DNA of 64,000 nt from a virus (lineage: Duplodnaviria > Caudoviricetes): IMG/VR virus record IMGVR_UViG_2900261899_000001, positions 1 to 64,000 of that record; one strand, 5' to 3'. The notes beneath the pieces are model-generated. The model did no database searches and had not been told where the DNA came from. It was given only the letters and a program-made list of their open reading frames with translations. The position numbers were made by a program, and so were the translations under genes. Positions 56,469 to 64,000 of the stretch are shown in pieces; positions within the stretch are counted from its first letter, which is position 1, and each line of letters opens with the position of its first letter.

Positions 56469-56595
56469 CCGGCGAGGACGCCGGACGAGCGGCTCTTGCT
56501 TTTGACTCGACACCCTTCCCCGAATCGGCGTTCTTGCTTAACGCTTAAAGTTTCTCGGTCCGATTGGCCGATTTTCTGAAAACGTGTTCGGGGCA

Positions 56596-57816
56596 ATGAA
56601 CCAACGTGCGGTCGTAGTACCACCCACGGAACGGGCGATCGAGGCGCCAGGCGCCCTCATCGGCCACGACGCTGCGACTCTGCGTAATCGGCTGCAGTCG
56701 ATCAGCTCCGGCCTGTTTCCACCGGACGCCGCGAAGACGCTTCGGCGGTTCGCGGCAAGCGAGGCGGCCAAGATCCTCGGGGTGACGGTTCAGCGGCTCA
56801 GCCAGCTGGAGGGCGACGAGGCCGTTCCGGACCCGGAGGTTTCGAACACGGGTCGGCGCTCCTACAGCCTCGATGACATCCATGCGATCCGGCTGCACCT
56901 AGACAAGGTGACGAAGACCGACCGGCGGTACGATCCCCGCCGCGAGGACGGCGAGCACCTTCAGGTCATCTCGGTCGTCAACTTCAAGGGCGGGTCCGGC
57001 AAGACCACCACGGCGGCGCATCTCGCGCAGTCGCTGGCGCTGCGCGGCTACCGGGTGCTGGCGATCGATCTCGACCCGCAGGCCAGCCTGTCCGCGCTGC
57101 TTGGCGTGCAGCCCGAGATCGACGTCGCGCCGAACCAGACGCTCTACGCCGCCATCCGCTACGACGACGACCGCCGGGCGTTGAGCGAGGTGATCCGCAG
57201 GACCTACTTCGCCGGTCTGGATCTGGTCCCGGCCAACCTCGAACTGCAGGACTTCGAATTCGACACGCCGCGGGCTTTGACCAGCCGGCAGCCGGGCGAA
57301 CCGCTGTTCTTCGAGCGGATGGCGCGGGTGCTGGACGAGGTCGAGGCCGAGTACGACGTCGTGGTCGTCGATTGCCCGCCGCAGCTCGGCTACCTGACGC
57401 TCTCCGCGCTCAGCGCCGCGACCGCACTCCTGGTCACGGTCCACCCGCAGATGCTGGACGTCGCCTCGATGAGCCAGTTCCTGGCGATGGTCGAGGACCT
57501 GCTGTCCGTCATCTCGGAGCAGGGCGCCACACTGAGCTACGATTGGATCAGCTACCTGATCACGCGCTACGAGCCCCAGGACGGCCCGCAGACGCAGGTC
57601 GTCGGCATGCTCCGCGACCTGTTCGGCGATCGCGTCCTGACGAGCCCGATGTTGAAGTCGTCAGCTGTGTCCGATGCCGGGCTCTCGAAGCAGACCCTCT
57701 ACGAAATGGGACGCGCCGGGGTGACGCGCTCGACCTATGACCGTGCCCTCGAGGCGGTCGATCTGGTCAACAGCGAGATTGAAGCCAAGATGCAGCGCGG
57801 TTGGGGCCGGGCATGA
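56596..57816 (+). CDS. repA: Plasmid partitioning ATPase RepA
   Basis: N-terminal MerR-like HTH, NFKGGSGKTT, DLDPQASLS, DCPPQLG, VHPQMLD and SDAGLSKQTLYE. Confidence 0.95.
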   Translation: MNQRAVVVPPTERAIEAPGALIGHDAATLRNRLQSISSGLFPPDAAKTLRRFAASEAAKILGVTVQRLSQLEGDEAVPDPEVSNTGRRSYSLDDIHAIRLHLDKVTKTDRRYDPRREDGEHLQVISVVNFKGGSGKTTTAAHLAQSLALRGYRVLAIDLDPQASLSALLGVQPEIDVAPNQTLYAAIRYDDDRRALSEVIRRTYFAGLDLVPANLELQDFEFDTPRALTSRQPGEPLFFERMARVLDEVEAEYDVVVVDCPPQLGYLTLSALSAATALLVTVHPQMLDVASMSQFLAMVEDLLSVISEQGATLSYDWISYLITRYEPQDGPQTQVVGMLRDLFGDRVLTSPMLKSSAVSDAGLSKQTLYEMGRAGVTRSTYDRALEAVDLVNSEIEAKMQRGWGRA

Positions 57817-58913
57817 GCAGAAAGGCGAACCTCAGCGCCCTGCTCGCCGGCAAGACTGCGCCTGCCCCAGGGCCGCAGACGGACGCGCCGGCGGGGAACT
57901 TGGCAGCTGCCAAGATCACCCCTGCCCCCACTGACAAGCCCGACTTGGCAGCTGCCAAGAAAGCGCCGCCGGACTGGTCGGCGCGGCCTCGAAGCGGCGC
58001 GATCCGCGGCATGGAAGCGACGCTTCGGACGCTGGCAGACGGACCAGGGCGGCCCGAGGACGGCACGTCGGTCGTCGAACTGGATCCGACCCTGCTCGAC
58101 CCGTCCATGGTCGTCGACCGCGTTGCCGATCCCGGTGATCCGTCTTTCGCGGCGCTCGTCGACAGCATGCGTGATGGCGGACAGCAGGTCCCGATCCTGG
58201 TGCGCCGACATCCGCAGAGCACCGGCCGGTTCCAGATCGCCTATGGGCACCGTCGCTGGCGCGCCGCAGCCGAACTCGGCCGGCCGGTTCGGGCCCTCAT
58301 CAAGCCCCTGACGGACGATGAACTCGTCGTCGCGCAAGGCAAGGAAAACCTCGAACGGCGTGACCTCAGCTATATCGAGCGGGCACTGTTCGCCGCCCGC
58401 ATGGAAGCCCAGGGGTTCAAGCGCGAGACGATCTGGTCCGCGATGGGGACCGTCGAGTCGGAGATCAGCCGGTACGTCGCGATCGTCGCCAACGTGCCCG
58501 AGCATCTCATCGCGGCGATCGGGCCGGCCCCGAAAATCGGGCGCCCGCGCTGGGTGGCTTTCAGCGATCGGTTGAGGGCGGTGGGCGCTGGTCTTGCCGA
58601 AGCCGCCGTGGCTGAGCCCGGTTTCGCAGAGAAGGCGACCGACGACCGGTTCGCCGCCGTGTTCGCGGCGCTGACCGCGAAGCCGGCAGCGAAGGCACAG
58701 AGGCCGCAAGTCTGGAAGGACCCCAGAGGTCGCAAGGTCGCGCGCGTCGAGCGCAGCGGCGGCCGCTTCATTCTGTCGATCGATGAGACGCTGGCGCCCA
58801 GACTTGGGCCCGCTCTGTTCGAACGGCTTCCCGAGATCCTGGCCGCCCTTGAGGCCGGCGAGGACGAACCCGTTCCGCAACGCGAACCGAAAGGAGACCG
58901 ACCCCCGGAATAA
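57813..58913 (+). CDS. repB: Plasmid partitioning protein RepB
   Basis: GQQVPILVR, IAYGHRR, AQGKENLERRDLSYIERA and IGPAPKIGRPRW. Confidence 0.95.
   Translation: MSRKANLSALLAGKTAPAPGPQTDAPAGNLAAAKITPAPTDKPDLAAAKKAPPDWSARPRSGAIRGMEATLRTLADGPGRPEDGTSVVELDPTLLDPSMVVDRVADPGDPSFAALVDSMRDGGQQVPILVRRHPQSTGRFQIAYGHRRWRAAAELGRPVRALIKPLTDDELVVAQGKENLERRDLSYIERALFAARMEAQGFKRETIWSAMGTVESEISRYVAIVANVPEHLIAAIGPAPKIGRPRWVAFSDRLRAVGAGLAEAAVAEPGFAEKATDDRFAAVFAALTAKPAAKAQRPQVWKDPRGRKVARVERSGGRFILSIDETLAPRLGPALFERLPEILAALEAGEDEPVPQREPKGDRPPE
57899..57959. promoter_or_regulatory. Two parS-like 16-bp palindromes inside repB
   Basis: CTTGGCAGCTGCCAAG at 57899-57914 and 57944-57959. Confidence 0.75.
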
Positions 58914-58999
58914 GAAAAGGCCCCCCGAACCGCGTCCGGAAGGCCCTCTCTATTAGTCCTGGCAGACGTAGAGAATCATACCTCCCGGCACATCGTCAA
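58913..58999 (-). ncRNA. repABC counter-transcribed RNA (inc-alpha/ctRNA) with its promoter
   Basis: Minus strand: TTGACG, then GATTCT -10 containing GANTC, then a GGCC...GGCC stem ending in TTTTCTT, all in the repB-repC gap. Confidence 0.8.
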
Positions 59000-59059
59000 G
59001 CGATTTGACGCCGACCCGTTTCGGCGAACGCCCGATCTTTGCCCGGCTTCGGCCACGCC

Positions 59060-60334
59060 ATGATCGATCATTTCACGACGCCCTTTGGGCGGCGATCGCT
59101 GACGGCTGCGCAGATCCAAGCGCAGGCGAAGGCAGCCGCATGCCCGCCCGAGACCACCGCCGACAAATGGGCAGTGGTCCGCCACGTCTCGACGGCCCGC
59201 TGCGAACTGGGGTTGGCCGATCGCGCCATCGCGATCCTCTCGGCCCTGGTGAGCTTCCATCCGGAGACCAACCTCCAAGCCGGGGAGGGGGCACAACTCG
59301 TCGTCTTCCCGTCCAATGCGCAGATCCGGCTGCGCGCCCACGGCATCGCTGAGACGACCCTGCGGTACCACCTCGGGGCGCTCGTCGAGGCCGGCATCCT
59401 CATTCGCCGCGATAGCCCGAACGGGAAACGCTACGCCCGGAAAGGACAGGGCGGCGAGATCGCTGAAGCCTTCGGCTTCGACCTGACGCCGCTGGTGGCG
59501 CGTGCCGCCGAGTTCGCGGCAATTGCCGACCGGATCGCGGCGGCCGAACGCGCCGAGCGCCTGGCCAAGGAGCGGGTGAGTCTGAAGCGGCGCGATCTCC
59601 GCAAGCTGATCGAATGGGCGGCCGAGGCCGGCGCTGCTGGTCCGTGGGGAGCCCTGTCCCGGCAGCTTGAGGATCTGATCGACGGCTTTCCGCGCCGCCC
59701 GTCCGGCGAGGCCCTGGCGACGATGGATGCCGCGCTCGGCTCGCTCCTGACCGAAGCCCACAAGCATCTGGATGTCGTTGCGGAATCCACGATTCACGAT
59801 GGCAATGCCAGCGAAACACGACGGCACCATCATAATTCAAAACCAGAGACCGTTAGAATCGAACATACAAACGGCGGGAGCCCAGAAGAACCGGTGGCGC
59901 CACAGGACCGAGAGGGCAGGGCCGGGTCGACGTACCCGTTGCCCATGGTGATCGAGGCCTGCCCCGACATCGTCGACTATGCTCGGGGTGGCGTCAGGAC
60001 GTGGGGCGACTTGATCGATGCTGCCGAGCTCGTCCGCGGCATGCTCGGGATCAGCCCAACCGCCTGGCGCGAGGCTCGCGACGCAATGGGACCGGAAACG
60101 GCGGCCGTAACGGTGGCGGCGATCCTGCAGCGGGCCGAGCACATCCGAAGCCCAGGCGGCTACTTGCGGTCTCTGGTCGAACGAAAGCGGGGAGGGCTGT
60201 TCAGCCTGGGACCGGTCCTGCAGGCGCTGCTGCGAGCCCGCGATCCGGCGACGATGCACGCGGGGAGGGATAAGTTCGGCGTTCCGCGGCCGTCAGGGGT
60301 GCCCAGCATGGCCCCGCGCAGGGCAGGCGGGTAG
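59060..60334 (+). CDS. repC: Plasmid replication initiator RepC
   Basis: TTPFGRR, VVFPSNAQ, RRDSPNGKRYARK, AFGFDLTPL, ACPDI and IRSPGGYLRSL. Confidence 0.95.
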   Translation: MIDHFTTPFGRRSLTAAQIQAQAKAAACPPETTADKWAVVRHVSTARCELGLADRAIAILSALVSFHPETNLQAGEGAQLVVFPSNAQIRLRAHGIAETTLRYHLGALVEAGILIRRDSPNGKRYARKGQGGEIAEAFGFDLTPLVARAAEFAAIADRIAAAERAERLAKERVSLKRRDLRKLIEWAAEAGAAGPWGALSRQLEDLIDGFPRRPSGEALATMDAALGSLLTEAHKHLDVVAESTIHDGNASETRRHHHNSKPETVRIEHTNGGSPEEPVAPQDREGRAGSTYPLPMVIEACPDIVDYARGGVRTWGDLIDAAELVRGMLGISPTAWREARDAMGPETAAVTVAAILQRAEHIRSPGGYLRSLVERKRGGLFSLGPVLQALLRARDPATMHAGRDKFGVPRPSGVPSMAPRRAGG

Positions 60335-60378
60335 GTTTTCGTCACGGGCAACGCCCGGCTCTGAAGGAGACCTGACCC

Positions 60379-61437
60379 ATGGCCGATATGCACCGCAAGC
60401 TCGACATCAACCTGTACGACACGCACATCGGCATCTGGCAGGACGATGCGAACGATCCTTCGTTCCAGAAAGAGATCTTCGGACCGCTCATCCGCCTGCT
60501 GCACGATCACGGCTGGGTCGTCCGAGCCGACGGTCTGACGCGCTACCGGTCCCTGCGGCCAAACTATCGCCTCGGATGGCGTGGCGACTTGCGGGTCGCG
60601 ATCCAAATCAGTGGGCGTTGCATTGAATTGGTTTTCTGGTCGGGGCTCGCCGAGCCGAGCAATCCGAACGGCCTCCGGTACGACTTCGACAAACGGAAGC
60701 GTGCCCCGTACCTCGACCGGGTCCGCATTGATCTGGAAACCCGGCGCATCCTCACATGGCTGCGCCAGCGCGCGGCGCTCACGATCTCGCCGCCGCGTCA
60801 CGTCCCATGCGGGATCGGTTTTGGTGAGATGAGCGCCGACACTTACATTGATCGATCGATCCGCTCATCCGGCCACTACGTGCCGGAACTCGGGCGCGCA
60901 CGCTTCTACAACGAGCCGCGCGAGCAGACGTCCGGGGACCGCCGGCAGCTCTCGCACGACTCCACCGTGTGGTTCCGCGACCGGAAAGGCCGCGTCCTGC
61001 GCGGGCGCGCCTTCTATAGCCTGGGTCAGAATTGGCTCGTCGCGGCGGGTCGCTGGGGCGTCTACCACGTCCAGCATTGGGATCTGTTCGTGGCGCCACC
61101 CGCGGACCTTCGCGGCAAGAGCAATGCGCGCGCGCGCCGCTCCCGCCTCGAGGGCGAGTTGACGAGGGCCTTGCGGCGCGACGACTACCGCCGCGCCGAG
61201 GTGCTGAAGCAGATCCTGTTCGGTAATGCCCCGATCTACCGGATCTGGTCGCGGAAGAACGACTGCTACTACGCGCCGAATTCGAGCGGCTACACGAGCG
61301 ACGCCTTAGGCGCCGGCCGGTACATGCGCGACGAGGCTGAGAGCGAGGTCCGTCGTGTCCCGCACATCCTCAGTTTGGTAACGCCGGATGGGCGACACCT
61401 CCGGGCGGAAGAACTCGATCAGGCGAAGGCCGCATGA
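60379..61437 (+). CDS. Hypothetical protein
   Basis: AAGGAG RBS. 352 aa with natural composition. Confidence 0.7.
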   Translation: MADMHRKLDINLYDTHIGIWQDDANDPSFQKEIFGPLIRLLHDHGWVVRADGLTRYRSLRPNYRLGWRGDLRVAIQISGRCIELVFWSGLAEPSNPNGLRYDFDKRKRAPYLDRVRIDLETRRILTWLRQRAALTISPPRHVPCGIGFGEMSADTYIDRSIRSSGHYVPELGRARFYNEPREQTSGDRRQLSHDSTVWFRDRKGRVLRGRAFYSLGQNWLVAAGRWGVYHVQHWDLFVAPPADLRGKSNARARRSRLEGELTRALRRDDYRRAEVLKQILFGNAPIYRIWSRKNDCYYAPNSSGYTSDALGAGRYMRDEAESEVRRVPHILSLVTPDGRHLRAEELDQAKAA

Positions 61438-61757
61438 CACCGGAAGAAATGACGGCCGCGCGCCATGCGCTCAGCAAGCTCTGGGGGCTCGGCCGTCTGC
61501 TGACCTACGGCGAGATGGCGCACATCCTCCGGCTCCGGCCGGAGAACGGGTCCGACACCGTCACCAAGTGGGAATCCGGGAGGTCGCCGATCAGCGGGCC
61601 GGTCTCGGTCGCGGTCGAGATGATGCTGGCCGGCGCGATCCCGCCGACGAAAGATGAGGCGCTGGCGCTGACCCATGCGCGCACCAGCCCGCGGGGGCCG
61701 TTGGGAGAGAACGCAGTGGGGTGGAAGAAGGGGCAGCGAGGAAAGCACGATGAATGA
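61434..61757 (+). CDS. HTH DNA-binding protein
   Basis: MTPEEM..AR...LTYGEMAHIL...TVTKWESGRSPISGPV. Confidence 0.7.
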   Translation: MTPEEMTAARHALSKLWGLGRLLTYGEMAHILRLRPENGSDTVTKWESGRSPISGPVSVAVEMMLAGAIPPTKDEALALTHARTSPRGPLGENAVGWKKGQRGKHDE

Positions 61758-62343
61758 CGGGGAGGCTCCTCAACCCGAAGACCGGATTGAAAACCATCGA
61801 CCGTATCAATATCTCGCGGCATACGTGAAGTTACGCAACGACATCAGCGAAATATGGTATGACAAGTCCGCAGACGCACTAAAACACTCTGTTGAGTTTA
61901 GTAAGCTCATAATCACCAACCTTCAGATCATCAATGCAGGCGGTCTTCTGGCGGTGCCAACCGTATCGGCAAGCGTTCTTGGGCTGACCGGACTGAATCA
62001 TACTGAAAGGTTGTTATACCTTGGTCTTCCGATGGCTGTTTTTGCCCTTGGGCTCCTGCTCGCTACCCTATGCTCCTACTTTACATACCGGAACTATCTC
62101 GCGCACGCGCACACAGCGGATGCCCAGGCATGGAGATCGACTCTTGAAGTAGAGAATGCGCTGCCGAACCTTGCACTTGATCGAATAGAGCAGACAATCA
62201 GAAACTTGGAGGAGATTGACAAGCTACAGCTGGGGAATCTGGCTGCTGTTCAAAATAATTACATCCGCGTCTTGGTCTGTGGGTGGCTATCGGTCACTTG
62301 CTTTGTAGCTGCTTGCATTATTCTGGCTTTGTTTTCAAAATAG
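61750..62343 (+). CDS. Low-GC membrane protein (moron)
   Basis: INAGGLLAV and three TM segments. Markedly lower GC. Confidence 0.7.
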   Translation: MNDGEAPQPEDRIENHRPYQYLAAYVKLRNDISEIWYDKSADALKHSVEFSKLIITNLQIINAGGLLAVPTVSASVLGLTGLNHTERLLYLGLPMAVFALGLLLATLCSYFTYRNYLAHAHTADAQAWRSTLEVENALPNLALDRIEQTIRNLEEIDKLQLGNLAAVQNNYIRVLVCGWLSVTCFVAACIILALFSK

Positions 62344-62354
62344 GAATCTCAGCA

Positions 62355-62555
62355 ATGCGCGATGACGCGGAGCAGGCAATTAACCGTGCCGAAGCCGTCT
62401 TCGTACTGATTGATCCGGCCTATGCCGGCCGCCTCCGTTACGTTGAAATCACCAAGGAGACCGCACTTCGCCTCGTCCTGGCGGATGCGCCCGGACGGGA
62501 GCTCCGACTGGATTGGGCCGACACGGCTCTGTATCTGTTGCCGCCTCTGGGCTGA
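62355..62555 (+). CDS. Hypothetical protein
   Basis: AGGA RBS. Confidence 0.5.
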   Translation: MRDDAEQAINRAEAVFVLIDPAYAGRLRYVEITKETALRLVLADAPGRELRLDWADTALYLLPPLG

Positions 62556-62563
62556 CGCGGCGC

Positions 62564-63019
62564 TCAGCGCCTCCCCCGGACAAGCGGCCTGTGCAGCCGT
62601 AGCGACGTAGTGACGACGCCCCAGATTTCGGCTTCGGCGATGTCCTCGATCGGTGTCGCCGGCAGATCTGGGCTGTCGAAGGACAGAAGCGCCCGGTTGC
62701 CTTTCAGGCGATAGCGTTTCAGCGAAGCGGTCCCGTCTATGATCGCGAGCACGATGTCGTCGTGCGCCGGGGTGACGCTGCGATCGACCACGACGATGTC
62801 TCCATCGTGGATGCCGGCGCGGATGACCGACGAGCCCGATACGCGCCATAGGAAGGTCGCCGGCGGATTCGGCACCAGCCAGCGCGGCAACCCAAGCGCC
62901 TCCTCCATGAAGTCGTCGGCCGGGGACGGAAACCCGGCGCACACGGCCGGCCCCATGAGGGGCACCTCGATCGTTCCGAGGCTGTCCACGGGTAGTTCGT
63001 CGTACGTGACGAGATGCAC
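62564..63019 (-). CDS. umuD: UmuD-like S24 peptidase
   Basis: VCAGFPSPADD, PPATFLWRVSGSSV, GIHDGDIVVVDRS, LKR and WGVV. GTG start after GGAG. Confidence 0.85.
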   Translation of the reverse strand: MHLVTYDELPVDSLGTIEVPLMGPAVCAGFPSPADDFMEEALGLPRWLVPNPPATFLWRVSGSSVIRAGIHDGDIVVVDRSVTPAHDDIVLAIIDGTASLKRYRLKGNRALLSFDSPDLPATPIEDIAEAEIWGVVTTSLRLHRPLVRGRR

Positions 63020-63040
63020 CTTGTTCTCCCTCGCAGACAG

Positions 63041-63055
63041 GAACACAACGGGAAC
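63041..63055. promoter_or_regulatory. Alphaproteobacterial LexA box
   Basis: GAAC-ACAACGG-GAAC between divergent umuD and the 63119 gene. Confidence 0.8.
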
Positions 63056-63118
63056 AAGCAGCCGGCGGTTCAATGGTCAAGGCGGCCTTTGGGCAGCCTG
63101 TGGAAAGCGGGGACGACG

Positions 63119-63373
63119 ATGGCGATCAAGACCACCCACCTCGTGCAGAGCTTCGTGATCAAGCGGAAGCGACTGGTGCCCGGCGACCAGCAGCTGGCGC
63201 CGACCGAAAGCGGGGCGCTGAAACGCGCCGAGGCCATGGCCGGGCGGATACCGGGAACGGCCGCGATCCGGATCATGGCCGACGATGAAACCGGCGAGTT
63301 GGAGAGCGCGACGATCCTCGGTCAGTTCGGCCAGGTGCCGGACGACTTCGCCGAGCAGCTTCAAGGCGGCTGA
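63119..63373 (+). CDS. Small protein, paralogue of 40078-40326
   Basis: VQSF...A.KRAE.M...G.AA....D..TGE......LGQFGQVP. Confidence 0.7.
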   Translation: MAIKTTHLVQSFVIKRKRLVPGDQQLAPTESGALKRAEAMAGRIPGTAAIRIMADDETGELESATILGQFGQVPDDFAEQLQGG

Positions 63374-63662
63374 GATAGCTCGGCCCCGCCGCCCGATCTG
63401 ATCACGGGCTGGCGGGGGAGCGCTTGAATCTCACCAGCGGGTTGGGCCGATACGCAACATGGCCCGGAGAGCATAAGGCCGGCGGCCGGTTAGCCCGGGA
63501 TCAACGGTGCCGCCTCAAGCATGTGTCGGTCTGAGACGACCCGAGGCGTCGGCTGCTTGAGGCCGGCGTGTGGATAGCGGGGATTGCGGGCAAACCTCTG
63601 CGTGCCGTGAACCCAACTTCATCCATCCAACGTTGAGCACCCTGATCGTTCGAGGCCCACCG

Positions 63663-63836
63663 ATGTTCGAGTTCTGGGAAAACGCGCCGGGCTGCTGGCG
63701 CTGGGCCTTCGTCTTCCGGGGCGAACAATTGGCGCGCGCCGAGGAAGACTACACGAGCCGGGGCAAGGCCGCGGCTGCTGCGGAGGTCTTCGCACGAGAC
63801 GTCGATCGTGCTCGGAAGCGAATGGACGTTCGCTAG
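63663..63836 (+). CDS. YegP/DUF1508-like small protein
   Basis: FEFWENAPGCWRWAFV..GEQLA..EEDYTSR..A. Confidence 0.6.
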   Translation: MFEFWENAPGCWRWAFVFRGEQLARAEEDYTSRGKAAAAAEVFARDVDRARKRMDVR

Positions 63837-63848
63837 GTCCAGGAACGC

Positions 63849-63885
63849 CAAAAGCGCCCGCCACCTCGAAAGGCAGCGGGCGCTA
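63849..63885. terminator. Intrinsic terminator
   Basis: AAAAGCGCCCGC...GCGGGCGCT hairpin. Confidence 0.55.
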
Positions 63886-64000
63886 TCGCATCGTGACGGC
63901 GGAGATCGGACTTACGGCGGCGGCCGGCTCCCAGCCTCGACGCGAGGGCATTGCGAAATCAGCCCGGAGGCTGGCCGCGTCCTGTGTCGAGAGCGTCGAT

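Noticed and set aside
1-64000. CRISPR arrays, tRNA/rRNA genes, reverse transcriptase/DGR or retron, IS transposases
   Set aside because: No regularly spaced repeat-spacer array, cloverleaf, RT or DDE motifs were recognised by eye. A short element could still have been missed.

Overview
High-GC alphaproteobacterial (Hyphomicrobiales-like) temperate phage segment that also carries a complete repABC plasmid replicon, so it is most likely a phage-plasmid. From left to right: packaging genes (partial portal, TerL, TerS, minus strand); a plus-strand accessory block (2.5-8.0 kb); a candidate nucleic-acid acylation cluster (ParB-N, ABC-ATPase/GNAT fusion, formyltransferase, oppositely oriented ASCH); an Acb2/Tad1-like small protein; a Cre-like tyrosine recombinase next to a degenerate serine-resolvase domain; a PadR cassette; a 1669-aa DarB-like methyltransferase/SNF2 helicase; a lambdoid early operon (phosphoesterase, MucR, replication initiator with internal iterons, adenine MTase, PAPS-reductase family, GapR); a cro/cI switch with readable operators; an opposite early operon (SMC-like ATPase, YqaJ, RecT, DnaA-CTD, C5-MTase, radical SAM, ASCH-like, DUF1643, DUF5131); repABC with parS palindromes inside repB and a ctRNA; and an SOS-box-controlled orphan umuD locus. 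I found no CRISPR array, tRNA or rRNA. All family calls come from recognising motifs by eye, with no database searches. Many starts were moved from the ORF track to the more plausible coupled or RBS-preceded start.
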